Origin: Octopus sinensis
Taxonomy: Eukaryota
Assembly: GCF_006345805.1 (NCBI RefSeq)
Contig: NC_043008.1
Coordinates: forward strand, 54,870,001-54,934,000
Direction: 5' to 3'
Length of the DNA: 64,000 bases
Both the position numbers and the translations under genes were made by a program. Each line of letters starts with the position of its first letter. Within the stretch, counting starts at the first letter, position 1. The notes beneath the pieces were generated by a model. The model ran no database searches and was not told the origin of the DNA. It saw only the letters and a program-made list of their open reading frames with translations. Below, in pieces: positions 25,063-39,479 of this stretch.

Positions 25063-27253
25063 AACTGTAGTGTCCCCACAAAAATCCAAGTTTTTATTTC
25101 CCTCTAATTTTAAGTCGGGATTCTGTAACACGAAACTCTCAACAAGTTACAACATTCTGCCTGCAGGTAAACCCATTAATTTCTAGCTAGTTCAGCGCTC
25201 CAATAAATTTATGCCCTTCTGTTATCTGGAGGGATTCTGCCTTTGTGTGGATTGGTCAAAGGGGGAGATGCAGCGCTATGATCCTATCCCTGTCTCAGAC
25301 GATCTCCAAAATGCTTGGTGGAAATGGGGAACAGAAAACACAAATTGATTTTTACTGCAAATATTGCGATATTTCTCCTCAGATAGAAAAGTATTCTTGC
25401 AACAAAGTGGGTTCCACTAAAAAATAAACACACCAGGAACTGGGTTGTTGTCTTAAACTGGGCGATAGATTAAGCCTTTCGCTCTAAGTTCACATACCGT
25501 CGAGTCGGTGTCAATAACATACTAAGGCCAAATATACTGGTTCCAAATTTTGACCCAAGACCATCAGTTATGAGGCAGGGTGCGGGTCGATTTCAACGAC
25601 CTCAGTGTTCAAGTGGTACTTATTTTATCGAACGCGAAAGGATGAAATAAAAAGTCGTCCTCGGTGGAATTCGAACTCAATACGTACAGGTCAACAAAAC
25701 GCCGTTAAGCATTTTGTCCTGCGTGCTAATGATTCTACCAGTTCGCTGCCAACTGTGGTCATATATTGTAGTTTCAAATTTTGGCACAAGGCCAGCAATT
25801 TCGAGTGAGAGGGTAGCCAGTGTATTGATCCCGCTGCTCAAGTGTTACGTATTCTATTGAAAGAATGAAAGGCAAAGTCGACCACGGCAGAATTTGAACT
25901 TAGTACGTGAAGAGAGATAAGATTCCGCTAAGCATTTTACCCGTCACACTAACAATTCTGCCAAATCGCCGCCTAATTAAGGCCAAGTGTATTCATATAA
26001 CGTTGAGGCCTCACCCCGTGAGAAACAGGTGGAACTTTTCATTTTCTACCTCAGGGGAGGACCTGTTGAGATGTACTTGGATAGTCTTCTAGACCGAGAA
26101 CGATACGATTCGGTCTGTATAGACGGTCCATGTTGGCCTCCACAGTGTTTTCGAGGAAGTATCGGTCGACGGGCGCCGGTGCCCCTCCCATTTTTACTCA
26201 TTTTTATCGTTATCATCCTCATCACATTATTGTCCTTGTCCAGCCCGCAGCTACTCTGTACTGCCCTTGAGGCAAATTATGTGAATAAAAATGTATTCAC
26301 ATCAGAGTAAGCAGACAGATGATTTTTTCAGCCTATTTTAAAACGCAGGCTGGTCCCATTTTATTTTACTTGTCTGGTCAACGGCCTTTATATGTTATGG
26401 AATCAATCTTCATTAATCGGATCTCCTGTGATAAAAAAAAGTACATTTCCTTTATCTTTTGTTATTGAAAAATACCTATGGAAACGTAAATGTTGTGGTA
26501 TGTTAGATTAAAGTAGTAATACATAATAAACACTAAATATGGAACAACGATGGAGTGATCACAACTAGATTAAAGGACCGCAACTAGAATAAAAGTACCA
26601 TAGTTAAGTAACAAACACAACAACATTACTATATAGTACCAATACTGAAATATGAAGGACCATAGGCTTCTGTTTGCTGTTTTAAAGTTTATTTTGCCCG
26701 TCTTAACTAAAGTAAGGTCTTGTTTGATCAACCTTACAGCGTAGATCTTTCAGAAGGAATGTGAAAATCTGGGAGAACGATACTTAAGATAGATTTATCT
26801 ATTTAATGACGAGTTCCTCTCATATAATCATTCTTTATTTAAAACTTCTAATTCACGATGGAATTAATCTAAAAGTAGCAGTGTGTGTTTTTTTGTCTTT
26901 TTTAATTATTTTATTATATTTTAGCATTTACCATTAGTAAAGAGCATAATATAGACACAGCTGGGAATTCATTCATTCTACACTGAAATTCTAACACATT
27001 TTAATGGTGAAACTATATTGCTCTTTTTGTTTAGTTTACCTTAACTTTCTATCACTAATTTTCTTCTTCTATCTGTATAACACCCACACACCCACATACC
27101 AACACCCACACACCCACTCACTCTCTTTTCCACTCTCTCTCCCTCCCCCCTTTCTCTCTGTCTCTCTGTCTATCTATCTCGAAGCTTTTTCCAATGTATC
27201 ACCTTGTCACACTCACATATACACGCATTTCCATTTTTCACACGCATACACAC

Positions 27254-27294
<41 letters not shown>

Positions 27295-29551
27295 CGCACA
27301 CACGCAATAGCGCGCACACACACACACACACAGTAGCACGCGCGCACAACACATACGCGCGCGCACGCACGCACACACACGCATACAAACACACATACAC
27401 ATACAAACAAACGCCCACGTACACACACAAATATAAACGATCTGATAACCTCTAGTCTCATCTAAATCGATGACTGGTTAGCAACAAGCAAATATTGAAC
27501 ACAAAATCAATAAAAAAAGACTTTAAATTCATAATCCGCTCCATCTACTGTGGTTTAAAATATTTCAGTATTTAAATAAGAAATAAAACGGACGAATGCT
27601 TTTATTTGTTTTTTGTTTGTTGCTTTGTTTATGTTGAGTGATTTAACTGGTCTGGGGTGGAGGTTTTGAGTGGGGTAGTGGCCCAACCATGGACTTCACT
27701 GGTCGCATAGAAACCAGTGAGGTCATCACCACTGACGTTCTACTTGAATAGTTTCATGTCGAGGCTTCAGGGAAAGCATGTGAAGATAGGAATATCAAGA
27801 GGAACTACGTTTCTGAGAATGTGGGAATATTAGTAGAGTCCCAGAAACTATTTTACTGTCTAGGAATTGATCTCGAATCACTGTGTTCAGATGTGAAAGT
27901 AACAAAATACCAAAATAGGATTTTTCCAGGGATTTATGACCTCCTCAAGCAGCCACCTATTCAAGTCCTTGAGAGAGACATTAAGAACGTTTTTATCAGC
28001 GACTAGGGTTACCGGCGAAATAGCAGTAGAGTCAGCAGACGCTTAAATCATTAGAGTCCCAATTGTAAACAATATATTGGAATGTCATTAACGATTTTGT
28101 CTTTGGTGCCCTTTCTTTAACATACAATTGGATATAAAGATAACGATTGTCTGGTTACTGACCAGTGGTCGTAAAACAGACAAGACGAATGCCTACGGTC
28201 CACTGTCATTGCTGATATTCACATCTAGCATGGACACATACAAACAGATCCACTTTCTGTAAATGTCGCTTTTCCATCCTCGCAGCCTGTAGTTACACTG
28301 ATGACTCCGTAACCTCTCATTACAAGTGGAAATGAAGGTAGAGTGGTCTGTTTGAGGCCTAAGGATGGGGATGAATACAATACAAGTGACTAGAGGAGGT
28401 GGAAGAGGGAGTCGTGAATACCCAATTGGGGACAGCTCGAGTCTAGCCACCTCAGAATCAGAGACCAGTGTAATGTTAAAAGAAAAGACAGAGAAAAGAG
28501 ACATGACATCTGTAGAATAGAGATTAGAGTGTGCCGGGGAGCCATTTCCTGCCAGTCACTTGGGTGGCTTTTCCATTTTTCTTTTGTATGTGTATGCAGA
28601 TGCAAGTGTAGGAGTCCTCTGTTAGTTTCATCTGAGCTTTGTAGTAGTTGTGAGGGGCCGAATTCTTTTCTGAATATAAAGAGGGTTGCTCGCTTTTGTG
28701 AAGCAAATGTAGCCGGAATGAAAAGACAGGACGCGGGTGTTTGGACGCTGGCAACTTGGCACAAGTGACTGGACATTTTGCCTGTTTTGGCGACAGTATT
28801 TTTTGGTATTGGAGACAAACATACACACATGCGCGTGCGTGCATGAATATATATAAACAGATAGGAAGCGAGAAAGAAGGTCAGAGGGTTAAAAGGAGAT
28901 AGGTGGGTTTGTCAAGCGGTGGCTGGAGGACGAACACACACACACACACACACAGACATACATACATGCGCACACACGTATAACAGGCTAACATACAGTT
29001 TCCCTCTACCAAATTCACTCGCAAAACACAGGTTAGTCGGGAGGTATAGTAGAAGACATTTGTCCAACTTGCTACCCAGTGGGATTGAACACGTAGCCAC
29101 GAAGTTGCAAAGCAAACATCGTAACCAAAAAGTCATGCCTGTGCCAACGTCTGCCTAATTTGATAATCTAGAATGCAAATAGATTTAGTCGATTTACACC
29201 ATGGTAATTCAGCGTTACATTAGATTTCTAAGCTTCAAGAATATCGATAAACCTTGATTATGTTCATCTTACGACGTATTATGACACTACCTATGTTTGC
29301 TTGCGTGCCTTGAAACACGTTTTTACGGATAAGAGAGTTCATAATTATATAATTACAGCTAAGGTAGTTTATGAACACGGCACCAAAGTTTCTGTATTTA
29401 AACTGAATCAGTTAACCGTCAGCATCGACATCGCTAATATTTTACCACTGTGGCCATGCTGGTGCACTGCATTTTTTAAAATCTGGCACATTCTATAATG
29501 TTCTTTGCCAAACTAACACTGGTTGTCAAGCGGCGAAGACGCGCGCGCTAC

Positions 29552-29607
<56 letters not shown>

Positions 29608-29678
29608 CGCTATGTGAATCGCTAGCTTCTGCACGCATTTTTTCTCTCCTTGTTCTCTCCGTGTTTCTTTTCTGTGTA

Positions 29679-29716
29679 TCTTTCTATTGAAGAGCGTAGG
29701 CCCGAAACGTAAAAGA
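29679..29716 (+). ncRNA. Minimal type I hammerhead, decayed A6U variant
   Basis: tcttt CTATTGA a gagc gtag gccc GAAA cg TA aaaga. Same family as 53918. Confidence 0.4.
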
Positions 29717-29812
29717 CTTGTTTTATTTATATTCCTGAGCGCCATACTAATACAATTGTTTGTTTGTACTCCACCTGCCTTCGTCTTTTGTTTATTTTCA
29801 TAAAGCTTCCCG

Positions 29813-29878
<66 letters not shown>

Positions 29879-30307
29879 CACGTATATTTAGTCACATATA
29901 TGTCTGTATATGTATGTAGCCTGTGTACATCCATCTGTGTATTTTGATGTATATATGTATATTGATGGTTTGATATGCGTATATACTGTTGTAAAATATT
30001 TATGTAATGCAGCGTGAACATTTTAAATTTAAATTTAAATTTTTAATGTATTAATAGTATTAATTGAATTATATTTCATATATAATTATTTGCAATAGGT
30101 ATTTTGAATCCGCTTTTCGATTTAAGGTTTTCCTCGATTTTTATAATAGGATGAATTTATATTGAGTCCATTTGTCTTGTTTTTTACTTGTTCAGTGCAT
30201 GCTTAAGACCGTTGATTAAAAGGGCCAATGAAACAAATCCATTTTTAAAGGTGTATCCTTTAACTAGTTTTGATCATATCCTTATTTCTGTTCTACTTCA
30301 ACAAAAC

Positions 30308-30343
30308 TGTCCGACGAACGGGAACGTGAAACTCAGAGTAACA
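30308..30343 (+). ncRNA. Small type I hammerhead, U4C variant or decayed
   Basis: tgt CCGACGA acg ggaa cgt GAAA ctc a gag TA aca. Confidence 0.5.
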
Positions 30344-30510
30344 ACTTTTGTTACATTTCTGCTGCTTTTAAATAAAGCATATTACTCTAACTCTAGTATT
30401 TGAGTACTCTTTTTTTCCACCTTGTTTCACATTCATGTGGTTACTCCGGTATGTGTGTGTGTATATATATATATATATATGGAGAGATGTCTCATTCTTT
30501 TGTTGTCGTT

Positions 30511-30560
<50 letters not shown>

Positions 30561-30785
30561 ATACATAACATATATATAAATAATATAATAATAATAATTA
30601 TACATAATATAAGAATAATAATATCAATAATAATAATAACTAATAATAATGATAATAATTTGATATATAATATACATAAATACTAGATATATATATATAT
30701 ATATAGATATTATATATAATATATATGTATCTATAATAGATATATGTATATATTATTATTATATCTATCATTATTATTATGATTA

Positions 30786-30821
<36 letters not shown>

Positions 30822-30876
30822 GATTATTATTATAGTATTAATACAGACATACATATATATATAGATATTAATATAA

Positions 30877-30914
<38 letters not shown>

Positions 30915-30986
30915 TAATAATAATAATAATAATAATAATGATAATAATATAGACTATATATATATATATATACTATATATTATTAT

Positions 30987-31024
<38 letters not shown>

Positions 31025-32049
31025 CACACACACGACGGCCTTCCACATAGTTTCAGTCTATGAAATTCAGTCACAAGTTATTGGTTTGTCGGCCCGGGGC
31101 TGTAGCAGAAAACACTTGCCCAAGATTCATGAACTAGAAACAACGTACGTGGTTGCATAGCGATTGTCTTAACCATACACCCACGCGTGCGTCCATCGGT
31201 GAATACTTTTACTCTTTGCAAGAACCTTGTTCAAAATCAATGTCTTTAACAACTTTACGTGTTCGAAATTACCGATGACGTTGCATTCAATTGCGACTTT
31301 CCTCATCAATACAACCACTTCTGGTTCATACAACTGGGAGGAAATACCTCCTATCTGCTTCTCGTTGCTAGGCGACTATCAAACATTGCAACCAAGAAAT
31401 CTTCTATGTAAGTATAAACCGGAAGATTTTCCACCTCGCGCAAACACTCAGTAGCTCATATTTCAACATAAATGTTTTTCCTATTTTGCGTTCTTGTACA
31501 TGTTGATACTTGTTTGTCGGTGATATTTAACGTCTCCAGATCCTCCGGATAACAATTATCAAGCAAATCTATGATAAAAGGTGTCCCAAACGTATCTACA
31601 TTTACTCTATTTAACGACATTGATTTCAAATTTTGGGACAAGGCCAGCAATTTCAGGAGAGGGGATAGTCTATTACATCGACCCTTGTGCTCAACTGGTT
31701 CTTATTTTAACGAAGTCGAAAGGATGAAAGACAAAGTCGGCCTCAGCAGAACTCGGAGGGTGAAAGAAAGGTAGGTGGGTTTGTCAAGCAGTGAGTGGAG
31801 GACGAACATACACACACATAGACACGCGCGCGCACACACACACTCACACACACACACACACACACATACATGCACACACACACATGTACGACAGGCGAAA
31901 TGCTGCTAAGCCCTTCACCCTGCGCGCGATAACACCAAATACTTAGCGGCATTTCGTCCGTCTGCATTCTGAGTTCAAATTCAAATCTACTTAACAATAT
32001 TGACGGCTGAAATAATGATACAAAGTGAACTAACACCCCACCCACCACG

Positions 32050-32107
<58 letters not shown>

Positions 32108-33786
32108 TGGTGCTGCTGCTGCTGCTGATGGTTCGGCCTCAACTGGTCACTGAGCAAACCTCTACATGATTACTCGTCATGCTAGATATAGTAGTCAAAT
32201 CTTATTCAGATGAAACCCAATGCTACTTTTTTTTTATGTTGCGTACATTGTCAATCGTGGATCACAACTTCCCTAAGACGTTGAAACAGGGAGATATGAG
32301 GAGGATTTGATTACTATTTCTAGTAGTTCAATCGAACGCATGTAATGAAACTCATTGATTAAGTGTCTTCTGCTATAGCTCCTTGTCGTCGTCCTTTTTT
32401 CCTTTTTTGTTGGTGTTGTTTTTCAGCTTAGCCTCAGGTTAGACCTAATAGGGAAGTCGCATCAGGAGCACTTCAGCCATGACCATGTTAGTTTATCTAA
32501 CATTATGTTAACTTATCTTTGTCTTTCCTTATTTGACAGAGTAGGATGTGCTTTAAAGGATATTTGCCTGCTTTTTCCAGCAGGTTGAGCTGCCACATTG
32601 TGGTATCTTTGTGGCTCGATTTTGTTGCCTTTTTTTCTAACAATCAAAAGTAAGCCAGTCACCACCTCGTCTTTTTCTTATGAGCTGGAAAATAGGTATC
32701 ACATTATTCAACAAATCTCCTCCTCAGGCAGTAGGGCAGTGAATTGAGGGAGATTTTGCTGCTTTTTCTAACATCCAGAACGACTATGTAGAGGCGCCTT
32801 CCTTTCGCTTTTGTAGCTGATGGCTAACTGTTAGGCAATTCAGAGAGTGTCATTCTGCTTCCGTAGTTTTTCTCATTTTAACTGTTCAGATTATAAGGAT
32901 ATTAACGATAAAACTAATACTCAATGTTTAACCTTCTTATATGAAGCATACCCACCAAGACATGAAGAGGCTTTTTAACTTCAGGCGATAGTGGCATGAA
33001 TGAATATGATTACGTTTTTGCTATGTTTTAAGAGTAGCTAACTAGTATTCGCAATCGAAAAGTTACAACCATTGATAAAAATCCGAAATAATTTAGTCTT
33101 CTCCCGGTGACTTACACCTTACACTATATGTTGCTGACGTATAAAAGACAGTACAGTCCTATAACTGATGGTCATTTTTCATTTTTATAGTTAAGAAAAA
33201 ACAAATAAGGTAAAATAATACAGAAATAAACAACGAAATGTTGATATATTTTCGGCATTCATTATGGAATTAATTATATATCGTGATATTTTCATTTCTA
33301 GAATGAAAAGGAAGCCATTTGCTCCGACTGACTGCAGTTCCGGTTCAACTGACTATTCACTTCCTGTTTCTTTCATTCCCCGCCTGCGAATCAAGCTCTC
33401 TTACACCGGCAATTCGAAATGTGCTCAATATACGTTAAAGAACTCGTCTAAATGTAGAATACGCCACCAGTATAACGAAATTTGCACCGACAAAATCAAA
33501 GGCGTAGGCTTGCGTTATTTAGAAACGGCTAAATTCGATTAGATATTTCGCAAACTTAAGTCTATTCTCTCCATCGCTATCTCTTCTTCTCTTCATATCC
33601 TCTCTTATTCTTCACTACATATGCACAACACAGACATAGCTCTGCATGTATCTACATATATGTGTATATATATATGAATGTATATATATATATATATACA
33701 TTTCCTGAGCGTCCAATAATACTTTATTTGTTCCACGTCCTTGCGTTGATGTCTTTTTGTTTTCTTGTTGGATTAACTAACGTAAC

Positions 33787-33828
<42 letters not shown>

Positions 33829-34144
33829 CTGTGTGTGTGTGCGTGCGTTGTATATATATATTATATATATATATATATATATACATATATTATATTACAC
33901 ATACATATAATATATGTGTGTGTGTATGTAAGTATATACGTGTATGCATAGATACATAGCTAGATAGGTACTTTATATCTCTTTCTGTTTTCTTTCTCTC
34001 ATTCTCTCTTTCTCGCATACACGCACACGCGACACTCACACACACACATACAGGGAAAGAAGATAAACAGACAGGCAACGACAGACAAACAGGCAGACAA
34101 ACTGACAGACCGACAGACAGTCAGCATATATTATATTATATACG

Positions 34145-34206
<62 letters not shown>

Positions 34207-34249
34207 AAGTTTATGAAAGAATGGAGTTGAACGACTAGTTAACAAATAT

Positions 34250-34341
34250 CCTTTATTCTCGACATATGTTTCGAAGGCTGCATATCCTAATCCGAAGGAA
34301 TAAGGAGTACATTATGCAGATTTCTCATCCGGAAATCAAGG
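34250..34341 (-). ncRNA. Type I hammerhead, left copy (U4G)
   Basis: Minus strand reads ccttgatttc CGGATGA g aaat ctgcata...tatgcag cctt c GAAA c atat g TC gagaataaagg. Confidence 0.55.
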
Positions 34342-34464
34342 AACTTATGTCGACATCAAAATGCACAAAAACTTTTAGCTGACCGCTCTCAGGGAGCCCA
34401 TGGCGAAATGAGTGTCTCTTTATAATGAGTGACGTCAGAGTGCATTTTGATGTCGACATAAGTT

Positions 34465-34558
34465 CCTTGATTTTCCTGATGAAAATCTGCATAATGTACT
34501 CCTTATTCCTTCGGAATTAGGAATATGCAGCCTTCGAAACATATGTCGAGAATAAAGG
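34465..34558 (+). ncRNA. Type I hammerhead, right copy
   Basis: Stem I ccttgattttc/gagaataaagg, CTGATGA at 34476-34482, extended stem II (ctgcata/tatgcag), GAAAC-ATAT-GTC, and a predicted cut after 34547. Confidence 0.75.
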
Positions 34559-34756
34559 ATATTGTTAACTAGTCGTTCAACTCCATTCTTTCATCTACTT
34601 ATAATTTAAAATAAACATACAAATTCCGCACGAAGACACGTAGTCTATGCCCTATGGACGTAACTTCAACCGTGTGTCTTTCTAGTGTGAATTTGCTACC
34701 TAGGTATCGTTATCTTTCGAATTATCCTTAATAAGATAATTCATTCAATTACTCAA

Positions 34757-34818
<62 letters not shown>

Positions 34819-34863
34819 GTATTATGTATATATATATAATATATATATATAATATATTATATA

Positions 34864-34908
<45 letters not shown>

Positions 34909-34925
34909 CGAGAGAGAGAGAAGAG

Positions 34926-34958
<33 letters not shown>

Positions 34959-35018
34959 TGAGAGAGAGAGAGAGAAGATAGATAGAGAGAGAGATAGATA
35001 GATTCGATCGATCGATAG

Positions 35019-35077
<59 letters not shown>

Positions 35078-35078
<1 letters not shown>

Positions 35079-35433
35079 TCTTTTTACGTCATCCAAGGAA
35101 TTGAAATTTTTACCATTCTGCAGAGACTTGAATAAGTGGAAATCTGAAGAAGCAATATCTGGTGAATATGGAGTGTGGGGTAACACATCTCAGCCGAGCT
35201 GCAGCAATTTTTGTCTGGTTCTCAAAGCAGCAAGTGCGGAAAATAAACTTTCTTATCTTCCATTTTAAAGGGTTACAGAATTAACACAGATTATAGGAAC
35301 ATAAACCTTCTTCCACGAAAAGATAGCTTAAACTGTGCTCTAAATGGAGGTGTAGTCAAATCCTATTTTATGTTCTAAAATAAGTCGAAAGTTAAGTTAC
35401 TATAAATCGGCACGAACTTTCCGGACAACCCAA
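35078..35433 (-). pseudogene. Mariner remnant (5' TIR plus C-terminal fragment)
   Basis: TIR ttgggttgtccggaaagttcgtgccgattt ends at 35433 beside TA. Peptide LPHTPYSPDIASSDFHLFKSLQN. Confidence 0.8.
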
Positions 35434-35498
35434 TAGAATCTAAATGTTTATCTTAATGTTTCACCACAAATATTTCGTACCTGTATAGACATTCCCCA

Positions 35499-35890
35499 GT
35501 GGAGGCGCAATGGCCCAGTGTTTAGGGCAGCGGTCTCGCGGTCGTAGGATCGCGGTTTCGATTCCCAGACCGGGCATTGTGAGTGTTTATTGAGCGAAAA
35601 CACCTAAAGCTCCACGAGGCTCCGGCAGGGGATGGTGGTGACCCCTGTTGTACTCTTTCACCACAACTTTCTCTCACTCTTACTTCCTGTTTCTGTTGTA
35701 CCTGTATTTCAAAGGCCGGCCTTGTCACTCTCTGTGTCACGCTGAATATCCCCGAGACACGAGAATACGTTAGGTACACGTGTCTGTGGAGTGCTCAGCC
35801 ACTTACATGTTAATTTCACGAGCAGGTTGTTCCGTTGATCGGCTCAACCGGAACCCTCATCGTCGTAACCGACGGAGTGCTTCCAAAAAA
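35499..35890 (+). mobile_element. SINE family B head with tail Y, 12-bp TSD
   Basis: TSD agacattcccca at 35487-35498 and 35891-35902. Confidence 0.9.
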
Positions 35891-36522
35891 AGACATTCCC
35901 CATCTCCGTGTTCGTACTGGCGTTTATTTCCGTTTATGTCTAAACGAACAGCATCCATCTGTCACCATTATCTTCTATGAGAATGTTAATGCCTAGGAAT
36001 TGATTCATGGTATTACTAACAGTTGTATTCTGGTCAGTTCAGTACAGATGTTTGGACCTCATTCAATTTCGTAACAGATTCCAGTGTGACCATTGCAAAA
36101 AGTATCGGGCGATAGCGGCGGGCCCGAGCCCGCCTTCGCCTGCAGCTCCGGCGCGCTACCGCGAGGCTGAGTGAGGCTGAAGAGAACCTCGCGGTGTCGC
36201 CCACGTGCACGTGGACGTAGGCGCGATCGATACCGTCAGTCTCCGTGGGTGTGTGGCGATACGCACCGGGTAAATATCTGGCGTACATTATGTGTTTATG
36301 ACTCGGGGACACTTTACCTTCTATTACGATCACGTAGTGCTGCAAGTCTGGTTTCAAGAACGAATCCTTGGTTACTCCGTTACTCCTTTTTCTCCTCATA
36401 AAACTTAACTTATGGGTAACGAATAATCATAGGACACTAATAATTTCTTGAGTATGTTAGCAGGTATCAGGAGGATACTCGTAATTATATATCATATTTA
36501 ATATGGTTTCTATCTTTTCTGC

Positions 36523-36553
<31 letters not shown>

Positions 36554-36594
36554 CATCACACACCACACACACACACACACACACGCCACACACA

Positions 36595-36660
<66 letters not shown>

Positions 36661-36807
36661 TCTTGTGCCCGATATTCATACATGAAATCTTGGGCAAATG
36701 CCATTTCGCGGAAACTCGGGTCAAGCAGTATGTTTGTAAATGCAACTGGGAAGACCGTCCATGGGATCGAAACCGCAATTCAAATAGCGGGACATACTCT
36801 TTTTTTT

Positions 36808-37204
36808 TCTCTTTTTACTTGTTTCAGTCATTTGACTGCGGCCATGCTGGAGCACCGCCTTTAATCGTGCAACTCGACCCCGGGACTTATTCTTTGTAAG
36901 CCCAGTACTTATTCTATCGGTCTCTTTTGCCGAACCGCTAAGTTACGGGGACATAAACACACCATCGTTTGTCAAGCAATGCTAGGAGGACAAACACAGA
37001 CACACAATCACACACACATACATATATAACATACATATATACGATGGGCTTCTTTCAGTTTCCGTCTACCAAATCCACTCACAAGGCTTTGGTCGGCCCG
37101 AGGTTATAGTAGAAGACACCTGCCCAAGGAGCCACGCAGTGGGACTGAACCCGGAACCATGTGGTTGGTAAACAAGCTACTTACCACACAGCCACTCCTG
37201 CACC
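36808..37204 (-). mobile_element. SINE family A, full length
   Basis: Same structure as 1683-2078. Confidence 0.85.
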
Positions 37205-37224
37205 TCCATATAATATATATATTT

Positions 37225-37635
<411 letters not shown>

Positions 37636-38135
37636 ATATATATATATAATATATATATATAGATATATATAATATATATAATTATAGTCACAACCACACT
37701 ATTCGATGACGTCTTAAAAAGAAAAAGAAAACAATTCTCTTCCGTTCTTGAGATTAATTATTGTTCACCATAAGAATCACTACCTGAAATGAATATCTGT
37801 ACACGCACTTGTGCGGGGCACACATGCACTAACACGTGCACACATCCACACTCACACTCACACAAACACGTCATGCTCACTCATGTATGCGTAGATTTTA
37901 TAAAAATGCACACATGCACACATAGGTATACGTACACACTTTAGCGTCAAAGATATTCAAAAGTATCCAAAGTCTATAAGCATTCAAGTTTCCTTCATTG
38001 AAAAAAAAAACGCCCCAAAAAAACAATGTATTTCGCTAGTCCCTCCTTGTTCTTCCTTAGTTTCCGAAGTTGAGAAAGACTCCGCCCTCTTAGACGCGAT
38101 GTGTGGGCGTCCAGAAAATAACAACTGTTGCCTAT

Positions 38136-38362
38136 TTCCTTATTACCCACAAGGGGCTAAACATAGAAGGGACAAACAAGGACAGACATAGGTATTAAGT
38201 CCATTACATCGACCCCAGTGCGTAACTGGTACTTATTTAATCGACCCCGAAAGGATGGAAGGTAAAGTCGACCTCGGCGGAATTTGAACTCACAACGTAA
38301 CGGCAGACGAAATACCGCTAAGCATTTTGCCCGGCGTGCTAACGATTCAGCCATCTCGCCGG
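38136..38362 (-). mobile_element. SINE family D monomer
   Basis: Head, core and tail are present. Confidence 0.8.
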
Positions 38363-39171
38363 CCTATGCTTACACTTCCCGTGTGCTCACATGTTTAAGA
38401 AAACTAAGGACCTAGCAGTATTTCATTGTCGCGAATATGATATGACTATATAGCTGTATTGAAAGGTCCACAGTAACTTCGAGGTTCCAGAAAGTTTGAG
38501 TATTCATCATCACTGGATTTGCATCGTAGAGAGGGAGGCTGGGCCCGACGACCAACTTCACCCTCATCTCTCATTTCCTAGGTGGCTAAAATCACAGCAG
38601 GTGTTCCAGAGATAATACAGAAAGACCATGGTGATCTATCTGCCTCTCCGTGGTTTAAATATGAGGCCAGGGAACAGAAGAAAGAAGAAGAAAGAAGACA
38701 TGCACCCAACACCAGAGCTGAAGACACCTCCGAAAAGGGGGGGGGCATGTCAAAACGGTAGAGGAGTAGGGACCGAAACCAGACGTGGTTCCTCCTGATG
38801 ATGTCTTGAGCTAACTGGATCCTATAAAGGAGCTGTTGTGGTAGCAGACCACGAAACACGGTTGTAATTCCTCCACATCGATATCGCCTTCCTGCTCATC
38901 CAAAATGTTATCAATGATGGTTTGTTTCCTTTGTAGCCTACCGAAAACCCAGTCTTTAGAGACTTCACCCTCTAATTAGTTGAGACAGCCTGTCAATAGC
39001 GTCATCTAAGTGACACACGATCGCTTGTTCGTAGGTCGTCAAACCACAGGTGTGAACTGGATGCCAGGTGGGAGCAAATGGTAATCAGACAGTCTTGAAA
39101 TGGAATAGACAAAAGTTTCAATCAACTGTACTCTTACTCTTTGAGAACTAAAATTTCTTATAACATTCGTA

Positions 39172-39416
39172 ATAAATGCGCCCTTTTTAAAGCCTAGCCA
39201 GACTCATGGGCTCGGTTTCTATGGCGTATGTGTTCCCCAGCTGGACGGGATGCCAGTCCATTGCAGTGTTACTCGTTTTTATCAGCCGAGTGGACTGGAG
39301 CAACGTGAAATGAAGTGTTTTGCACAAGAACACTTCGCATCGCCCGGTCCAGGAAGCGAAACTACAATCTTACGATCATGATGCTGACACCCTACTCACT
39401 AAGCCACGCGCCTCCA
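39172..39416 (-). mobile_element. SINE family C head with tail X, 15-bp TSD
   Basis: TSD cttataacattcgta at 39157-39171 and 39417-39431. Confidence 0.9.
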
Positions 39417-39479
39417 CTTATAACATTCGTATTGACTTTATATGTTGACATGAGGCCAGCAATTTCGTAGGAGAGGGTA

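Larger units (their letters stand above)
34213..34594. mobile_element. 382-bp fold-back element with two divergent hammerheads
   Basis: Arms 34213-34366 and 34440-34594 are near-perfect reverse complements around a 73-bp spacer. The left flank is (TA)n. Confidence 0.9.

Noticed and set aside
25987-26310. Moderately GC-rich stretch with open frames on both strands
   Set aside because: No recognisable protein and no consistent splice pair. Left unassigned.
36034-36399. 121-aa minus-strand ORF through the GC island
   Set aside because: No recognisable family, and GC-rich DNA yields long ORFs by chance. The region is kept as a structural finding instead.
38795-38870. CTGATGA with a distant GAAAC
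   Set aside because: No stem I or helix III complementarity.
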